NCBI GenBank assembly: GCA_963662285.2
Contig: CAXXMV010000008.1
Coordinates: 192,001 to 256,000 of the forward strand
Reading direction: 5' to 3'
DNA from: a bacterium
Lineage (GTDB): Bacteria > Hinthialibacterota > Hinthialibacteria > Hinthialibacterales > Hinthialibacteraceae
DNA: 64,000 nt
Under the pieces are notes generated by a model that saw only the letters and a program-made list of their open reading frames with translations, had not been told where the DNA came from and ran no database searches. The translations under genes and the position numbers were made by a program. Of this stretch, positions 37,299-48,446 are shown in pieces; the stretch's first letter is position 1, and each line of letters starts with the position of its first letter.

Positions 37299-37598
37299 TT
37301 AATCCGAAAAATAATTGGTTATGTCTATTTTTTGATGGGGAACGCCGATGATAATAATTCCGAGTTCTTGGATTGTGTAGAAAACCAGGTGTTCACCTTG
37401 AGGAAAACAGTAATATCCTTCTTCAATATCAGGACGATGCCGCCCCAATTGAGGATTTTCACTTAACCATTGAAATCGCTTATCAAGATTCCGCAGATAA
37501 GTGTTGCGTTGTTCCTTGCCCCATCGTTCGAGCGTATAATAACCAATTTTTTTAAGGTCTTCTTTTGCTCTGGGTGTAATCCTGAAATTTGGTATCAA
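37299..37598 (-). CDS. parE: ParE family toxin
   Basis: TPRAKEDLKKI..YT..RWG.EQ..YL, GRHRPDI..GYY, HLVFY. Confidence 0.9.
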   Translation of the reverse strand: MIPNFRITPRAKEDLKKIGYYTLERWGKEQRNTYLRNLDKRFQWLSENPQLGRHRPDIEEGYYCFPQGEHLVFYTIQELGIIIIGVPHQKIDITNYFSD

Positions 37599-37843
37599 GA
37601 TCCCTGATCCAGTTCAGATATGATATTCTCAATAGAATATCCTTCTACAAATTCACCGCGTTTTGCTTCTTCCGCTCCTTGTTTCAAATGCGCCCGCAGG
37701 GCCTCGAGTTTATGCTTTCGCTCTTCCAGTTCCCGCAAAGCATCACGTACTACTTCACTGGCAGAGCCATAACGCCCGTTTAACACTTCGTTTTTGATAA
37801 AGGTTTCCCAATGCTCTCCAAGAGACAAACTCGTATTAGCCAT
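37595..37843 (-). CDS. parD: ParD family antitoxin
   Basis: NTSLSLGEHW..FI...V..GRYGSASEVVRDALR. Confidence 0.92.
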   Translation of the reverse strand: MANTSLSLGEHWETFIKNEVLNGRYGSASEVVRDALRELEERKHKLEALRAHLKQGAEEAKRGEFVEGYSIENIISELDQGS

Positions 37844-37915
37844 GCCGTTTCTCCATATTCATATATATTCAATATGAGTATATCTCTTTTGGGATATTTC
37901 GACTAGTTATCAATA

Positions 37916-38359
37916 TCAGAAATTCTTCTCAATAGAAAGTAGATTATCGAGAACTCTTTTCAGATTACTTTCAAAACGTTCAATCTCATCTTTATCGAAA
38001 TCACTATAAAACATTCGAGTCATTTCTTGAGATATCCGTACATATTCTTTTTGGAAGGCTTTATCTTTTTCGGTTCGTTGGATCAGAATCTTTCGACGGT
38101 CTTCGGTTGAACGCACCCGTTCAATAAAACCAGCTTTTTCCAACCTATCCAACATGCTGGTTAGAGTAGACTTGCCTAACGATGTTTGCTGAGCTAGTTC
38201 CTGTATGGTAATCCCGTCATTTTGCCATAGAACGAACATGATGCGTCCCTGGGCGGGATTAATTTCCACACCGGTATCACGCAGCAGGCGTGAGAATATC
38301 CGTCCTCCCACCTGATGAATCTTGGCTATTAGAAAACCACCTTGCTTGGCGTCTTTCAT
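37916..38359 (-). CDS. MarR family regulator
   Basis: LWQNDGIT..ELA..TSLGKSTLTSMLDRLEKAG..DRR. Confidence 0.92.
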   Translation of the reverse strand: MKDAKQGGFLIAKIHQVGGRIFSRLLRDTGVEINPAQGRIMFVLWQNDGITIQELAQQTSLGKSTLTSMLDRLEKAGFIERVRSTEDRRKILIQRTEKDKAFQKEYVRISQEMTRMFYSDFDKDEIERFESNLKRVLDNLLSIEKNF

Positions 38360-38826
38360 TCCTGATTCCCTAAATCCAATTCATAGGCGCTTGAGTGATA
38401 CCATCCCTTAGCCATAGTTGGTTTGAGTCTCAGGATACCATACTCCGGGCCTTCAAGACCTCCGGGATAATGAATCGTCCATTCATCACTCCACAGTGTT
38501 TTTTTGATGGCCGGATCAGTAACGACTTCGATTTCTCCGGCCAGCATTAATCCATGAAATACTTTGGCGTTACATAAATAAGCCGATACTTTTTGATTGG
38601 CGTGTAGTTGCTTCATCTTTTCAGAATGGTTGTGGGTGGTGAAATAGATCGAAAAACCGTCCTGAGCTTCGATAAAAGAGGCCGCATGGGGGAACTGGGT
38701 GTGATTATGCAGGTTCACCATCGCCCTGGTTTGCGGGTACCCCTCACTATTGATAGTACTTAGAAATATTGCGTCCGCTTTTTGTATGAGTTCTAGGCAT
38801 TTTTGTTTTAGGTCTGTTTGATTCAT
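38356..38826 (-). CDS. Pyridoxamine 5'-phosphate oxidase-like FMN-binding protein (general stress protein 26-like)
   Basis: LSTIN.EGYPQTRAM, IYFTT..SEK, GLMLAG, LW..W..HYPGG..PEY; start moved to MNQT. Confidence 0.85.
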   Translation of the reverse strand: MNQTDLKQKCLELIQKADAIFLSTINSEGYPQTRAMVNLHNHTQFPHAASFIEAQDGFSIYFTTHNHSEKMKQLHANQKVSAYLCNAKVFHGLMLAGEIEVVTDPAIKKTLWSDEWTIHYPGGLEGPEYGILRLKPTMAKGWYHSSAYELDLGNQE

Positions 38827-38880
38827 TATATGCATCCTTTCTAGCCTATAGAAATATATCAAACATTTTGAGCGCTGCTT

Positions 38881-40017
38881 TTATTCCAGGCGCATCCAAT
38901 AGGCCCATCCCCATAATGGCTCAGTGACTTCAGAGCGAATGAGAATCTCGTTATCCCCTTTTTTTAATGGCAATGCAACCTCAAACTGATCGGGTATTAA
39001 GCGACCGAAGCCGTCTTCCGGGCTGCGGCCTGGATCGTAGAAGCCGCGTGGTTGGCCTTTAAATACCTGCTTGCCATTACACCACATTGTCATGCGGTCA
39101 GTGTAAGATACCCAACTCTTTTTGACTATCTCATCTTCCGACTTAACAGTGTTGCGGGCAAAGACAATTCCTTTACTGATATCATCCATAAACTCAGCGG
39201 CTAAGTTTACTATGCCCCGGCGGTCTGATGCTATTGTGCGCCATGATTTGTTTTTAAGTTCTTCTGGAAGTGTTTCTGTACCCAAGTCTGCGGGGTATTT
39301 GTGGGATATTTCCCACTTTTTAATGATGTTTTGTTGGCTGACTTGTTTCCACGAATCTTCCAGAACGGGTTTGACGGAATCCGGCGGGATAGTCGTTATT
39401 CGGAGATTACGAATATAAACCGACATGTGATATATCCAGAAACGGATGCCTCCCCGACTGGTGGGAAGATCATACATTGTATAAACCGGATCGGGGTCGC
39501 CGTTAACGTATAGGTTGGCAATCTCCCGGTCTGCATCTAGGCGTAGTTTGATCCATTGATCTTTTTTATAATCGATTTGTATTTGTGAATATGGGTAGTG
39601 TTTCCAGGATGTATTATCGTTCCAGCGACCGGCTTCTTCAAAAGCGATTTTGCCATCTTTCTTGGGCATATAAAAGCCAACATTCGATGCTCTAGAGCTA
39701 TCGTTGCTTACGTAAAAATCTAATCCAACGAATCCTCCGCCATCATTGGCGCAACGTACTTCAAACTCGATCCGGCAGTTGTTCCATGTTTCATCTCCTG
39801 CCTGAGCGCCCACTGTTGGTAGTTTCTCTTGAGTGGAAGAAAAATGATAGAAGGTTTCCCCTTGAGGGTTGGTGAAGTAGGTTTCCGGCGCAGTTTTCCA
39901 GGCTTGATTGGCTTTTCCATCCAGTTTGTCCTCAAATAGAACAGTTCCCGGATCGGGATTAGAAACCACGTTTAACTGAATGAAGCAAAGCAGGCTAATT
40001 AGTGTTCCCAAACGCAT
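38881..40017 (-). CDS. Secreted DUF1080/ConA-like beta-sandwich protein
   Basis: Signal peptide; W..LRL...ANLYVNG, GGIRFW; C-terminal NG..VF, LKKGDNEIL. Confidence 0.65.
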   Translation of the reverse strand: MRLGTLISLLCFIQLNVVSNPDPGTVLFEDKLDGKANQAWKTAPETYFTNPQGETFYHFSSTQEKLPTVGAQAGDETWNNCRIEFEVRCANDGGGFVGLDFYVSNDSSRASNVGFYMPKKDGKIAFEEAGRWNDNTSWKHYPYSQIQIDYKKDQWIKLRLDADREIANLYVNGDPDPVYTMYDLPTSRGGIRFWIYHMSVYIRNLRITTIPPDSVKPVLEDSWKQVSQQNIIKKWEISHKYPADLGTETLPEELKNKSWRTIASDRRGIVNLAAEFMDDISKGIVFARNTVKSEDEIVKKSWVSYTDRMTMWCNGKQVFKGQPRGFYDPGRSPEDGFGRLIPDQFEVALPLKKGDNEILIRSEVTEPLWGWAYWMRLE

Positions 40018-40069
40018 AATTGATATACCTCCCAGCTATTTTGATATAATTTTAGTTCGATATAATATT

Positions 40070-40083
40070 GTACTATATAGTAC
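40070..40083. promoter_or_regulatory. Probable MarR operator
   Basis: Perfect palindrome GTACTATATAGTAC upstream of the 3-gene operon ending in marR. Confidence 0.55.
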
Positions 40084-40273
40084 CTTATAGCAATCAAAAC
40101 ATACTGTCAATAGGATTCCGGGCGCCTTAAGTTTCTTGATTTTTGTCTAGAACGAGGGTTACATTCATTCATATTCAATCGTTTCATTAAACAAAATAGC
40201 ATTTTATGCTATTTTGTTGCAATATTATAAGATGATTATTATTAATTATGTCATATTCAAAAAGGAGATTTTG

Positions 40274-41296
40274 ATGAAAAAGATCATTCCATTCATGATG
40301 TTTTCGTTTTTGTTTACTAGTGTATTTATTGCCACTGTACATTCAGTGACAATACCTGATTTGATGCAGGAATTAAAAAAACAAGCCGAAACCTATAATA
40401 GTTATTATGCAATTACTCTATGCAAGAGATTACATAATACAAAAAATGAAAAAATCAAAAACTTTGGAGCGCCAAGTAAAGCGTTAAACCTTATAATAAT
40501 AGACGGAGATCATATCCAAGCGGAAAGATATACAGAAATTGAAATTAATAATCAAGATGGTTTGGTGAAAGATCGGGAATCAACCAAGATGTATTATGAT
40601 GGCAAAAAATCTACATTGTATCATTTTGACGGAAATTCGGCAGATATAACAAATAAAAAGATTTTTCAATTATCCTTTGCGGATTATGCCAATGGTTTTA
40701 TTGATACACTACAGAACGATACAATTATCAATTTCTTGCAAAGGGCGCTGACTCAAGCCAAAAACACAAATGCTTCAATAGAAAAACATATTTCTTTGAA
40801 AGAAGATGAGACAAGAGTTTATATAAAGATATCAGATGTAAAAGGCAACCCATTCAAAGATATATCTCTAACCTTGCGGAAAGATAGGAATTATTTGATA
40901 GAAAAGGCTATATGTAATTTCGTAGCAATGGTCAGAGAAACGAAAGTCCTGGATTATAAAAAAGATGAAAATGGAGTTTGGCATCCCCTGCGTGGTTCGA
41001 TAGGATTCAACAATGGCGACATAAGTTACGTAGACTTCTTATTCTTTAGCACGTCTGATAAATACACAAATGTTGTGGATGATTTTACTTTAGATAAAGG
41101 AACTCTTGTTATTGAACATTCTCCGGGTGATGAAAGCGTCAATGATAATAATGGTGAAGTCTGTAAATATAAACCAGGCAGTATTGTAGGTGGTTTAGAA
41201 AAGCCGTTGCCAAAGGGCAATGAAAACACAAAATTTGAATTATGGGGCAAAAACTATGAAGAATTGCAAAGTTTTTTCAATGCAATTGAATATTAA
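40274..41296 (+). CDS. Secreted hypothetical protein (AT-rich; possibly LolA-like fold)
   Basis: AAGGAG RBS, MKKII signal peptide, YYDGKKS..Y, G.W.P..G. Confidence 0.65.
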   Translation: MKKIIPFMMFSFLFTSVFIATVHSVTIPDLMQELKKQAETYNSYYAITLCKRLHNTKNEKIKNFGAPSKALNLIIIDGDHIQAERYTEIEINNQDGLVKDRESTKMYYDGKKSTLYHFDGNSADITNKKIFQLSFADYANGFIDTLQNDTIINFLQRALTQAKNTNASIEKHISLKEDETRVYIKISDVKGNPFKDISLTLRKDRNYLIEKAICNFVAMVRETKVLDYKKDENGVWHPLRGSIGFNNGDISYVDFLFFSTSDKYTNVVDDFTLDKGTLVIEHSPGDESVNDNNGEVCKYKPGSIVGGLEKPLPKGNENTKFELWGKNYEELQSFFNAIEY

Positions 41297-41315
41297 GGAT
41301 AGCGAATTAATCGCC

Positions 41316-41410
41316 GAACCAAAGACAAGGCAAAGCCTGACCTTGAGGGATACAAATACCGTAAGTTAAAGTATCAAGGGCTGATCGCATTACGGTTCTG
41401 CCCTTGGTTT
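41316..41410. repeat. Repeat family A copy
   Basis: ATCAAGGGCTGATCGCATTACGGTTCTGCCCTTGG is the reverse complement of the 1521/48209 hairpin type. Confidence 0.65.
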
Positions 41411-41488
41411 ACATCTACACCTTCTAAAATCTGACTGAATTATTTTTAGTTTTTTCAAAATAAGAAAAAGGAGTTTAATATCAATAAT

Positions 41489-42064
41489 ATGAAAACATTA
41501 ACAGGGGTTAAAGTATATATAATAATTCTATTCTTATGTTTCAAAGCTTGTAGTGTAAAACATGAAGACAATAAAAAGAATCCTTTGGAGAATTCAGATA
41601 ACACCAAAGTTGAAAATTGTGTATATAAATTACATATTGATGAAGATGTAATTGTAAATTGTTTTTTAATGGATGCTAAATCCTCACTAAATGGAGTTGG
41701 ATTTGGTTTAGAATTTTTTTTACTGACTAAAACAATACCGGATATGAAAGATAAAAAAATTGATTTAGAATTTAAGGAAAAGGATAAAGAAGGTAAATAT
41801 ATAAAATGGCGACTTAAACAATATAAAGAAATTCAATTAGAATCAATTAATTTAACAATTATTAATTTAGTAGAAGAAGTAGGTAATCATACAGTTGCAC
41901 CTGTTAGTTCAAATGAAATGCTTCATTTAGACAATCTAGTAAAGGATATTAATATGTATAATAATGTTTTAAAATGTTTAAATGTTAACCAAGAAAATGA
42001 CAATCCTAAATTAGAGGAATTTCAAAAAGACATTTATAATAAGATATATGGTAAAAATAAATAG
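41489..42064 (+). CDS. Hypothetical lipoprotein (very AT-rich)
   Basis: AAGGAG RBS; hydrophobic N-terminus with FKAC lipobox-like site. Confidence 0.6.
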   Translation: MKTLTGVKVYIIILFLCFKACSVKHEDNKKNPLENSDNTKVENCVYKLHIDEDVIVNCFLMDAKSSLNGVGFGLEFFLLTKTIPDMKDKKIDLEFKEKDKEGKYIKWRLKQYKEIQLESINLTIINLVEEVGNHTVAPVSSNEMLHLDNLVKDINMYNNVLKCLNVNQENDNPKLEEFQKDIYNKIYGKNK

Positions 42065-42100
42065 AATATATGTAGACAGGATGAGTGGGATATTCTGGAT

Positions 42101-42134
42101 AAAAAGCGGCTGCATCATAGAAATGATGCAGCCG
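42101..42134 (-). terminator. Intrinsic terminator between convergent genes
   Basis: CGGCTGCATCAT/ATGATGCAGCCG stem with adjacent A5. Confidence 0.7.
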
Positions 42135-42162
42135 TTATGCTTATTTGATTCAATGTATTCAA

Positions 42163-43452
42163 TTATGCCGCTGGCTCAGGTGCGTTATTGGCGTCAACAT
42201 TGATTATGCGCGGGATCAATTGCTTTCTGAATAAATAACGCGCTGGCGGTTTCATCATGGCTAATTTGGCCTTATATAGATAATACGACATTGATGGTTC
42301 GACCAGATACTCAGCATCAGTGGGTGATACAACCAGACTGACCTCGATATTGGGAACCAATCCTATGGGAACGCCATTCTTCATGCAGGATTCATAGACA
42401 TGTTTGAAAACGATCACCATATCATCATAAGATGGCGACGGCCAATCTTTCATCACCGATCCCTCGACCGGGCGGAAGATGCACACCGTCGGGAAAGCGC
42501 CGACGCTGGTGATGTAATCAATCGCCTTCAGGGTATCTTCAACCGGCTCGATTCCAGCGATGATCTCGCCTGATACGCGCCCCTTGCCCAATTTACTGCT
42601 GGTATATTCCATGGCCTTGAAGAATGCCTCTTGAGTAATCAAGCGCTGTTTGCCCGGCAGATAGCGGGCGAAATACTCTTTGTTATGCAGTTCATAGCAG
42701 AATGAGAAATGGTCAGCTCCGCAATCGATCAACCAGTCATATTTCCACATATCTGGAGAAGGAATGGCTTGAACGCCAACCAGGTTGCCCACCTCTTCTT
42801 TAATGGCTTTGACGAATGGAGCGCAGATGTCCAGACCTTTGCCATTTTGGTATCCGGTATTGAAATGGGTGAAGGTAACGTCCGACTCCTCTTTGGCTAC
42901 TTTTGATACCTCAACCACTTCTTCAACCGTCTTGCATTCCTTGTCGCCGCCTTTGCTACCGACGTTGAGTCCGGTTATGCAGAAATGACAGTTTTCGCGG
43001 GGATCAGATTTCCAGAAGCCGCATGCTTCTCCCAGATATATCCCCAGATAGGTTCCCTGAAGTACGCCAATCTCACGCATTATCACGTCTGTTGACGTTT
43101 TGCGGGAATACCAATCCGGCGCTGGAGGCAATTTGACGCTATAGGTTTCCTGGTCTTTGGTGTGGACGACTATATATTTTCCATCTTCAAATCGAAGTTC
43201 GTATGGGCTGTATGTCGCAAAACTCTCTTTCACTGGAGCATTCAACCATACATCACGCTTACCTGGAATAACCAGTTCCAGTCCGCTTCCCAGACCGGCT
43301 CTGGCCCGTGCGAAAGTTCTGGCATCCTTATCTAAATCACATGATTTATGGATGCGGATTCCTTTACAAAAAAGATCGATTTCCAGTTCGGCTGGATTAA
43401 GACGCCGACCATGCGCTGAATAATTCACTTCTGATGAGTTCTTCAAAGTCAT
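42163..43452 (-). CDS. Radical SAM protein (MSMEG_0568-like, Cx10Cx2C spacing)
   Basis: AGLGSG, CGFWKSDPRENCHFC, IIAGIEP, FRP..GS. Confidence 0.75.
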   Translation of the reverse strand: MTLKNSSEVNYSAHGRRLNPAELEIDLFCKGIRIHKSCDLDKDARTFARARAGLGSGLELVIPGKRDVWLNAPVKESFATYSPYELRFEDGKYIVVHTKDQETYSVKLPPAPDWYSRKTSTDVIMREIGVLQGTYLGIYLGEACGFWKSDPRENCHFCITGLNVGSKGGDKECKTVEEVVEVSKVAKEESDVTFTHFNTGYQNGKGLDICAPFVKAIKEEVGNLVGVQAIPSPDMWKYDWLIDCGADHFSFCYELHNKEYFARYLPGKQRLITQEAFFKAMEYTSSKLGKGRVSGEIIAGIEPVEDTLKAIDYITSVGAFPTVCIFRPVEGSVMKDWPSPSYDDMVIVFKHVYESCMKNGVPIGLVPNIEVSLVVSPTDAEYLVEPSMSYYLYKAKLAMMKPPARYLFRKQLIPRIINVDANNAPEPAA

Positions 43453-43640
43453 TTTCTCCTTGATTCACAGAAAAAGCTGCTTGAACTAGTTTATCATGTA
43501 CTGCCATTCTGCTACAGAAGCGCAATACATTTCTTTACAATATCTTAAAGTCGAATAATCTCAGGTTTCTTGGCATGATAAGTGGTAATATCATTCTCGA
43601 ATAAGCAAAACTATACTAAAATCATGCAGAGATTACCTAG

Positions 43641-45701
<2,061 letters not shown>

Positions 45702-45760
45702 TTTTGATAGAATCGTATCTCTCAAATTGATCGAGTAAATTAAGGCCATCATACCCTATC

Positions 45761-45776
45761 TGGCACGGAATCTGCA
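45761..45776 (+). promoter_or_regulatory. Sigma-54 (-24/-12) promoter
   Basis: TGGCACG-GAAT-CTGCA, 1 mismatch to TGGCACG-N4-TTGCW, 45 nt upstream of the ATG at 45822. Confidence 0.6.
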
Positions 45777-45821
45777 ATATTAGTCCATAAGCACCCTTAG
45801 AGACTGGAAGGATAGGAAAAA

Positions 45822-46994
45822 ATGGCCGATCAAACAGCACCCACTGGGCAATTCATTCCCCTGAACCGCTACAATGCGATTGCGAATACTCCATCGTCAT
45901 ATTCAACGGCGCCTCAAGGCGTTAAAGAGACTCAATATCAGGGGCAATCGTTTCACGACCTTTTCAATCGTACTCAATTGACGTCAGCTCAGTTGAAAAC
46001 CATGCAGGCGCCTCAGACTAATGGCACATCCATGTATTCCACTATTCCTCAAAGCGCGCAAAATCCCACTTTACCTATATTCACTCCCGCGCCTGGAACG
46101 GAATTTTCGGAAACCCAATTTATAGAAACCAATCAACATCTTAAGCATATGCCCAACGTACATCCGGAGGGTGATGAGTTGGCGAATCAGATGTTGAAAA
46201 ATATGCAGGCTTTGAAAAACGCTCAAGCCAATAATGCATCGAAGCAATTTGCTCCTCAGCAATCGCTATCAGACGTGACCCGGAACACTACGCCTTACGT
46301 GAATCCCAAGTCGGCGCAGATTAATCCACAACCAGATATTACCGCCAGCGCCTTCGATTCAGCTCTGGCCAGCAATACAGCCATACCGTCTACCGAGCCA
46401 ATTATTATACCGGTTATTCATGATATACCAGCCAGTGCAACGCCGATGATTGTATCAGCAAATACTGCGTCTCAATCAAATTTCCCGGCTTATATTCCAA
46501 CAGATACAGTTTCGCAGCAGATTCTCGCGGCCAGACAGGCTAGCGCCGCCGGACAGACATCATTCAATCAACCACAGCAGTTGGCTCAGTTAACCGCCGA
46601 CAATCAGCTTGCCAGCCAACAGGTTGGAGAGATTACAACCAATGCGCCAGCCAAGAAAGGCTTCTTCAGCGCTATGGGTTCATTCTTCAAAAATATCGCC
46701 AGCGGCGTTACTCTAGGTATTTACCGCCCCGATGGAGAAGCAGCGCCTCAAGGAATCAAACGCATTACTTATCCGATAAAAAAGTTAGTCTGGGATACGC
46801 CCAAGAGCATCGTATATGACGCTCCGGTAGGAATTTATAACGATATCAGCCAAAGCGGTAAAAAAAGCGAGTCTCAAGAGCAAACTCTTCGCGCCAGCCA
46901 TACCCTGACGCTTAATGACGTTACGCCCACAACGAATAAAACTCATTCATCCAGTCATGGCCGCCGATCATTGCGGAGGAATTTTTATACTTGA
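45822..46994 (+). CDS. Hypothetical low-complexity Q/P/T/A/S-rich protein
   Basis: 390-aa ORF, largely disordered composition, with a compact C-terminal segment FFKNIASGVTLGIYRP. Confidence 0.7.
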   Translation: MADQTAPTGQFIPLNRYNAIANTPSSYSTAPQGVKETQYQGQSFHDLFNRTQLTSAQLKTMQAPQTNGTSMYSTIPQSAQNPTLPIFTPAPGTEFSETQFIETNQHLKHMPNVHPEGDELANQMLKNMQALKNAQANNASKQFAPQQSLSDVTRNTTPYVNPKSAQINPQPDITASAFDSALASNTAIPSTEPIIIPVIHDIPASATPMIVSANTASQSNFPAYIPTDTVSQQILAARQASAAGQTSFNQPQQLAQLTADNQLASQQVGEITTNAPAKKGFFSAMGSFFKNIASGVTLGIYRPDGEAAPQGIKRITYPIKKLVWDTPKSIVYDAPVGIYNDISQSGKKSESQEQTLRASHTLTLNDVTPTTNKTHSSSHGRRSLRRNFYT

Positions 46995-48158
46995 TTAAGA
47001 TGAGGTAGAACTGCCAGGTTCAATTTTAATTACCTCGACGGGACATACAATTTTGCAGGCGCCGCACCCGACGCATAAATCATTGATTACAAACGGGTAA
47101 TAGGAGAAACCATCCGGCGTTTCTTTGATTTCAACAGCGCCATATTCGCAGAAAGTCTTACAGCGGTCGCATTCTTTATTATTGGTCAGCAAACATCCAG
47201 CCAGTTCGATCCTGGCTACGCCGATCACCAATCGTCTTTTTTCTTCCACAGAAAACTTTGCAATAGCCCCGCTGGGGCATACGCTGCCGCACAGGATGCA
47301 TTCCGGCAGACAATAGGTTTGTTTGAATTGTATCTGTGGAGTTAACGCTCCAATAAGGTCATGAGCATCAAGATAAGATTTAATAATATTGCTGGGACAA
47401 ACTTTGACGCAGTTACCGCACCGGGCGCATAAGGTTTTGAAATTCGAGTCATCGACGGCGCCTGGAGGCCGCAGATTCACGGTTCGTTTAGCATTGACGT
47501 ATTTCTGTAATATCAAACTCAATCCAGCACTCAATACTCCAGTAAAAAAATATCTCCGACCTTGATTCATAAAAGGTTTGTTAGAAGCTGATCTCTCACG
47601 AACCACCCGCTTTATATCCGTAGCAATATCCTGCAATCCACCTAGAGGACACAATCTCTGACACCAGATATGGGGAATACAAATATTAATCAAAATAAGC
47701 AATATAAAACCGGAACTTTTTAGCAGGATAATGCTGATGGGCATCGGTTGAAATACATCGAAAAACGCATAGAAGATATTAACCGGATCGATTACGATCA
47801 ACATCGGCGCTCCCAACGCAGCCAGAACCAATGCCATGATGCAAAGGTATTTATGAATCAGAGGTATACGGTTAAGTTTATTCTGTTTGATTCCTATCCC
47901 GGACGCTGCATCGCATAACGCCCCTGTGGGACAGATATACCTACAGAAAAACTGATGCCTGAAGAATAACGCTATTAAGACAGTAACGCCTAAAAGATTA
48001 AGCGCCGTCATTGTCCAAGTAGCAAGTAATGAATTCAAGAGTATGTACGGACTAAACCACAGAAACAGCCCGGTAAAAATACCGAACTGTATTGGTAAAG
48101 CCAATATTATAGCCGCCAGTAATGAGACATAGCGTATGTGTCGGGATTTTATAGTCAC
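46995..48158 (-). CDS. Membrane 4Fe-4S binding protein (NapH/MauN plus NapG/MauM-like fusion)
   Basis: FCRYICPTG, WCQRLCPLG, LRPPGA, CARCGNCVKVCP, CVGCGACKIVCP. Confidence 0.88.
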   Translation of the reverse strand: MTIKSRHIRYVSLLAAIILALPIQFGIFTGLFLWFSPYILLNSLLATWTMTALNLLGVTVLIALFFRHQFFCRYICPTGALCDAASGIGIKQNKLNRIPLIHKYLCIMALVLAALGAPMLIVIDPVNIFYAFFDVFQPMPISIILLKSSGFILLILINICIPHIWCQRLCPLGGLQDIATDIKRVVRERSASNKPFMNQGRRYFFTGVLSAGLSLILQKYVNAKRTVNLRPPGAVDDSNFKTLCARCGNCVKVCPSNIIKSYLDAHDLIGALTPQIQFKQTYCLPECILCGSVCPSGAIAKFSVEEKRRLVIGVARIELAGCLLTNNKECDRCKTFCEYGAVEIKETPDGFSYYPFVINDLCVGCGACKIVCPVEVIKIEPGSSTSS

Positions 48159-48183
48159 CTTAGATGCATTCTATGATTTCGCT

Positions 48184-48425
48184 GGGCGCCAAGGGCAGCG
48201 ACGGGTGGCAAGGGCAAGACCGCAGAGCGGTCAGCCCTTGATTCAGTTCACCTATTATATTTCTATCATTTCAACCGACATTCCACTCAGAAAATAGAAT
48301 GATGATTTTCTTTATTGTTGCAATAATTGAATAAATTCATTATAAAAGAGTGAATTATTATAAAAATTATTACGTTTCCCCAAAGTTTTCAGTCAAGGGC
48401 AGACAGGACGCTGCCCTTGGCGCCC
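48184..48425. mobile_element. Repeat family A, 242-bp MITE-like element with perfect 17-bp TIRs
   Basis: GGGCGCCAAGGGCAGCG ... CGCTGCCCTTGGCGCCC flanking an AT-rich non-coding core. Confidence 0.75.
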
Positions 48426-48446
48426 GTAGTTTTACTATTAAACAAA

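Noticed and set aside
40214-42064. AT-rich orphan pair as a prophage or defence system
   Set aside because: Both look secreted; no integrase, phage or defence domains recognised
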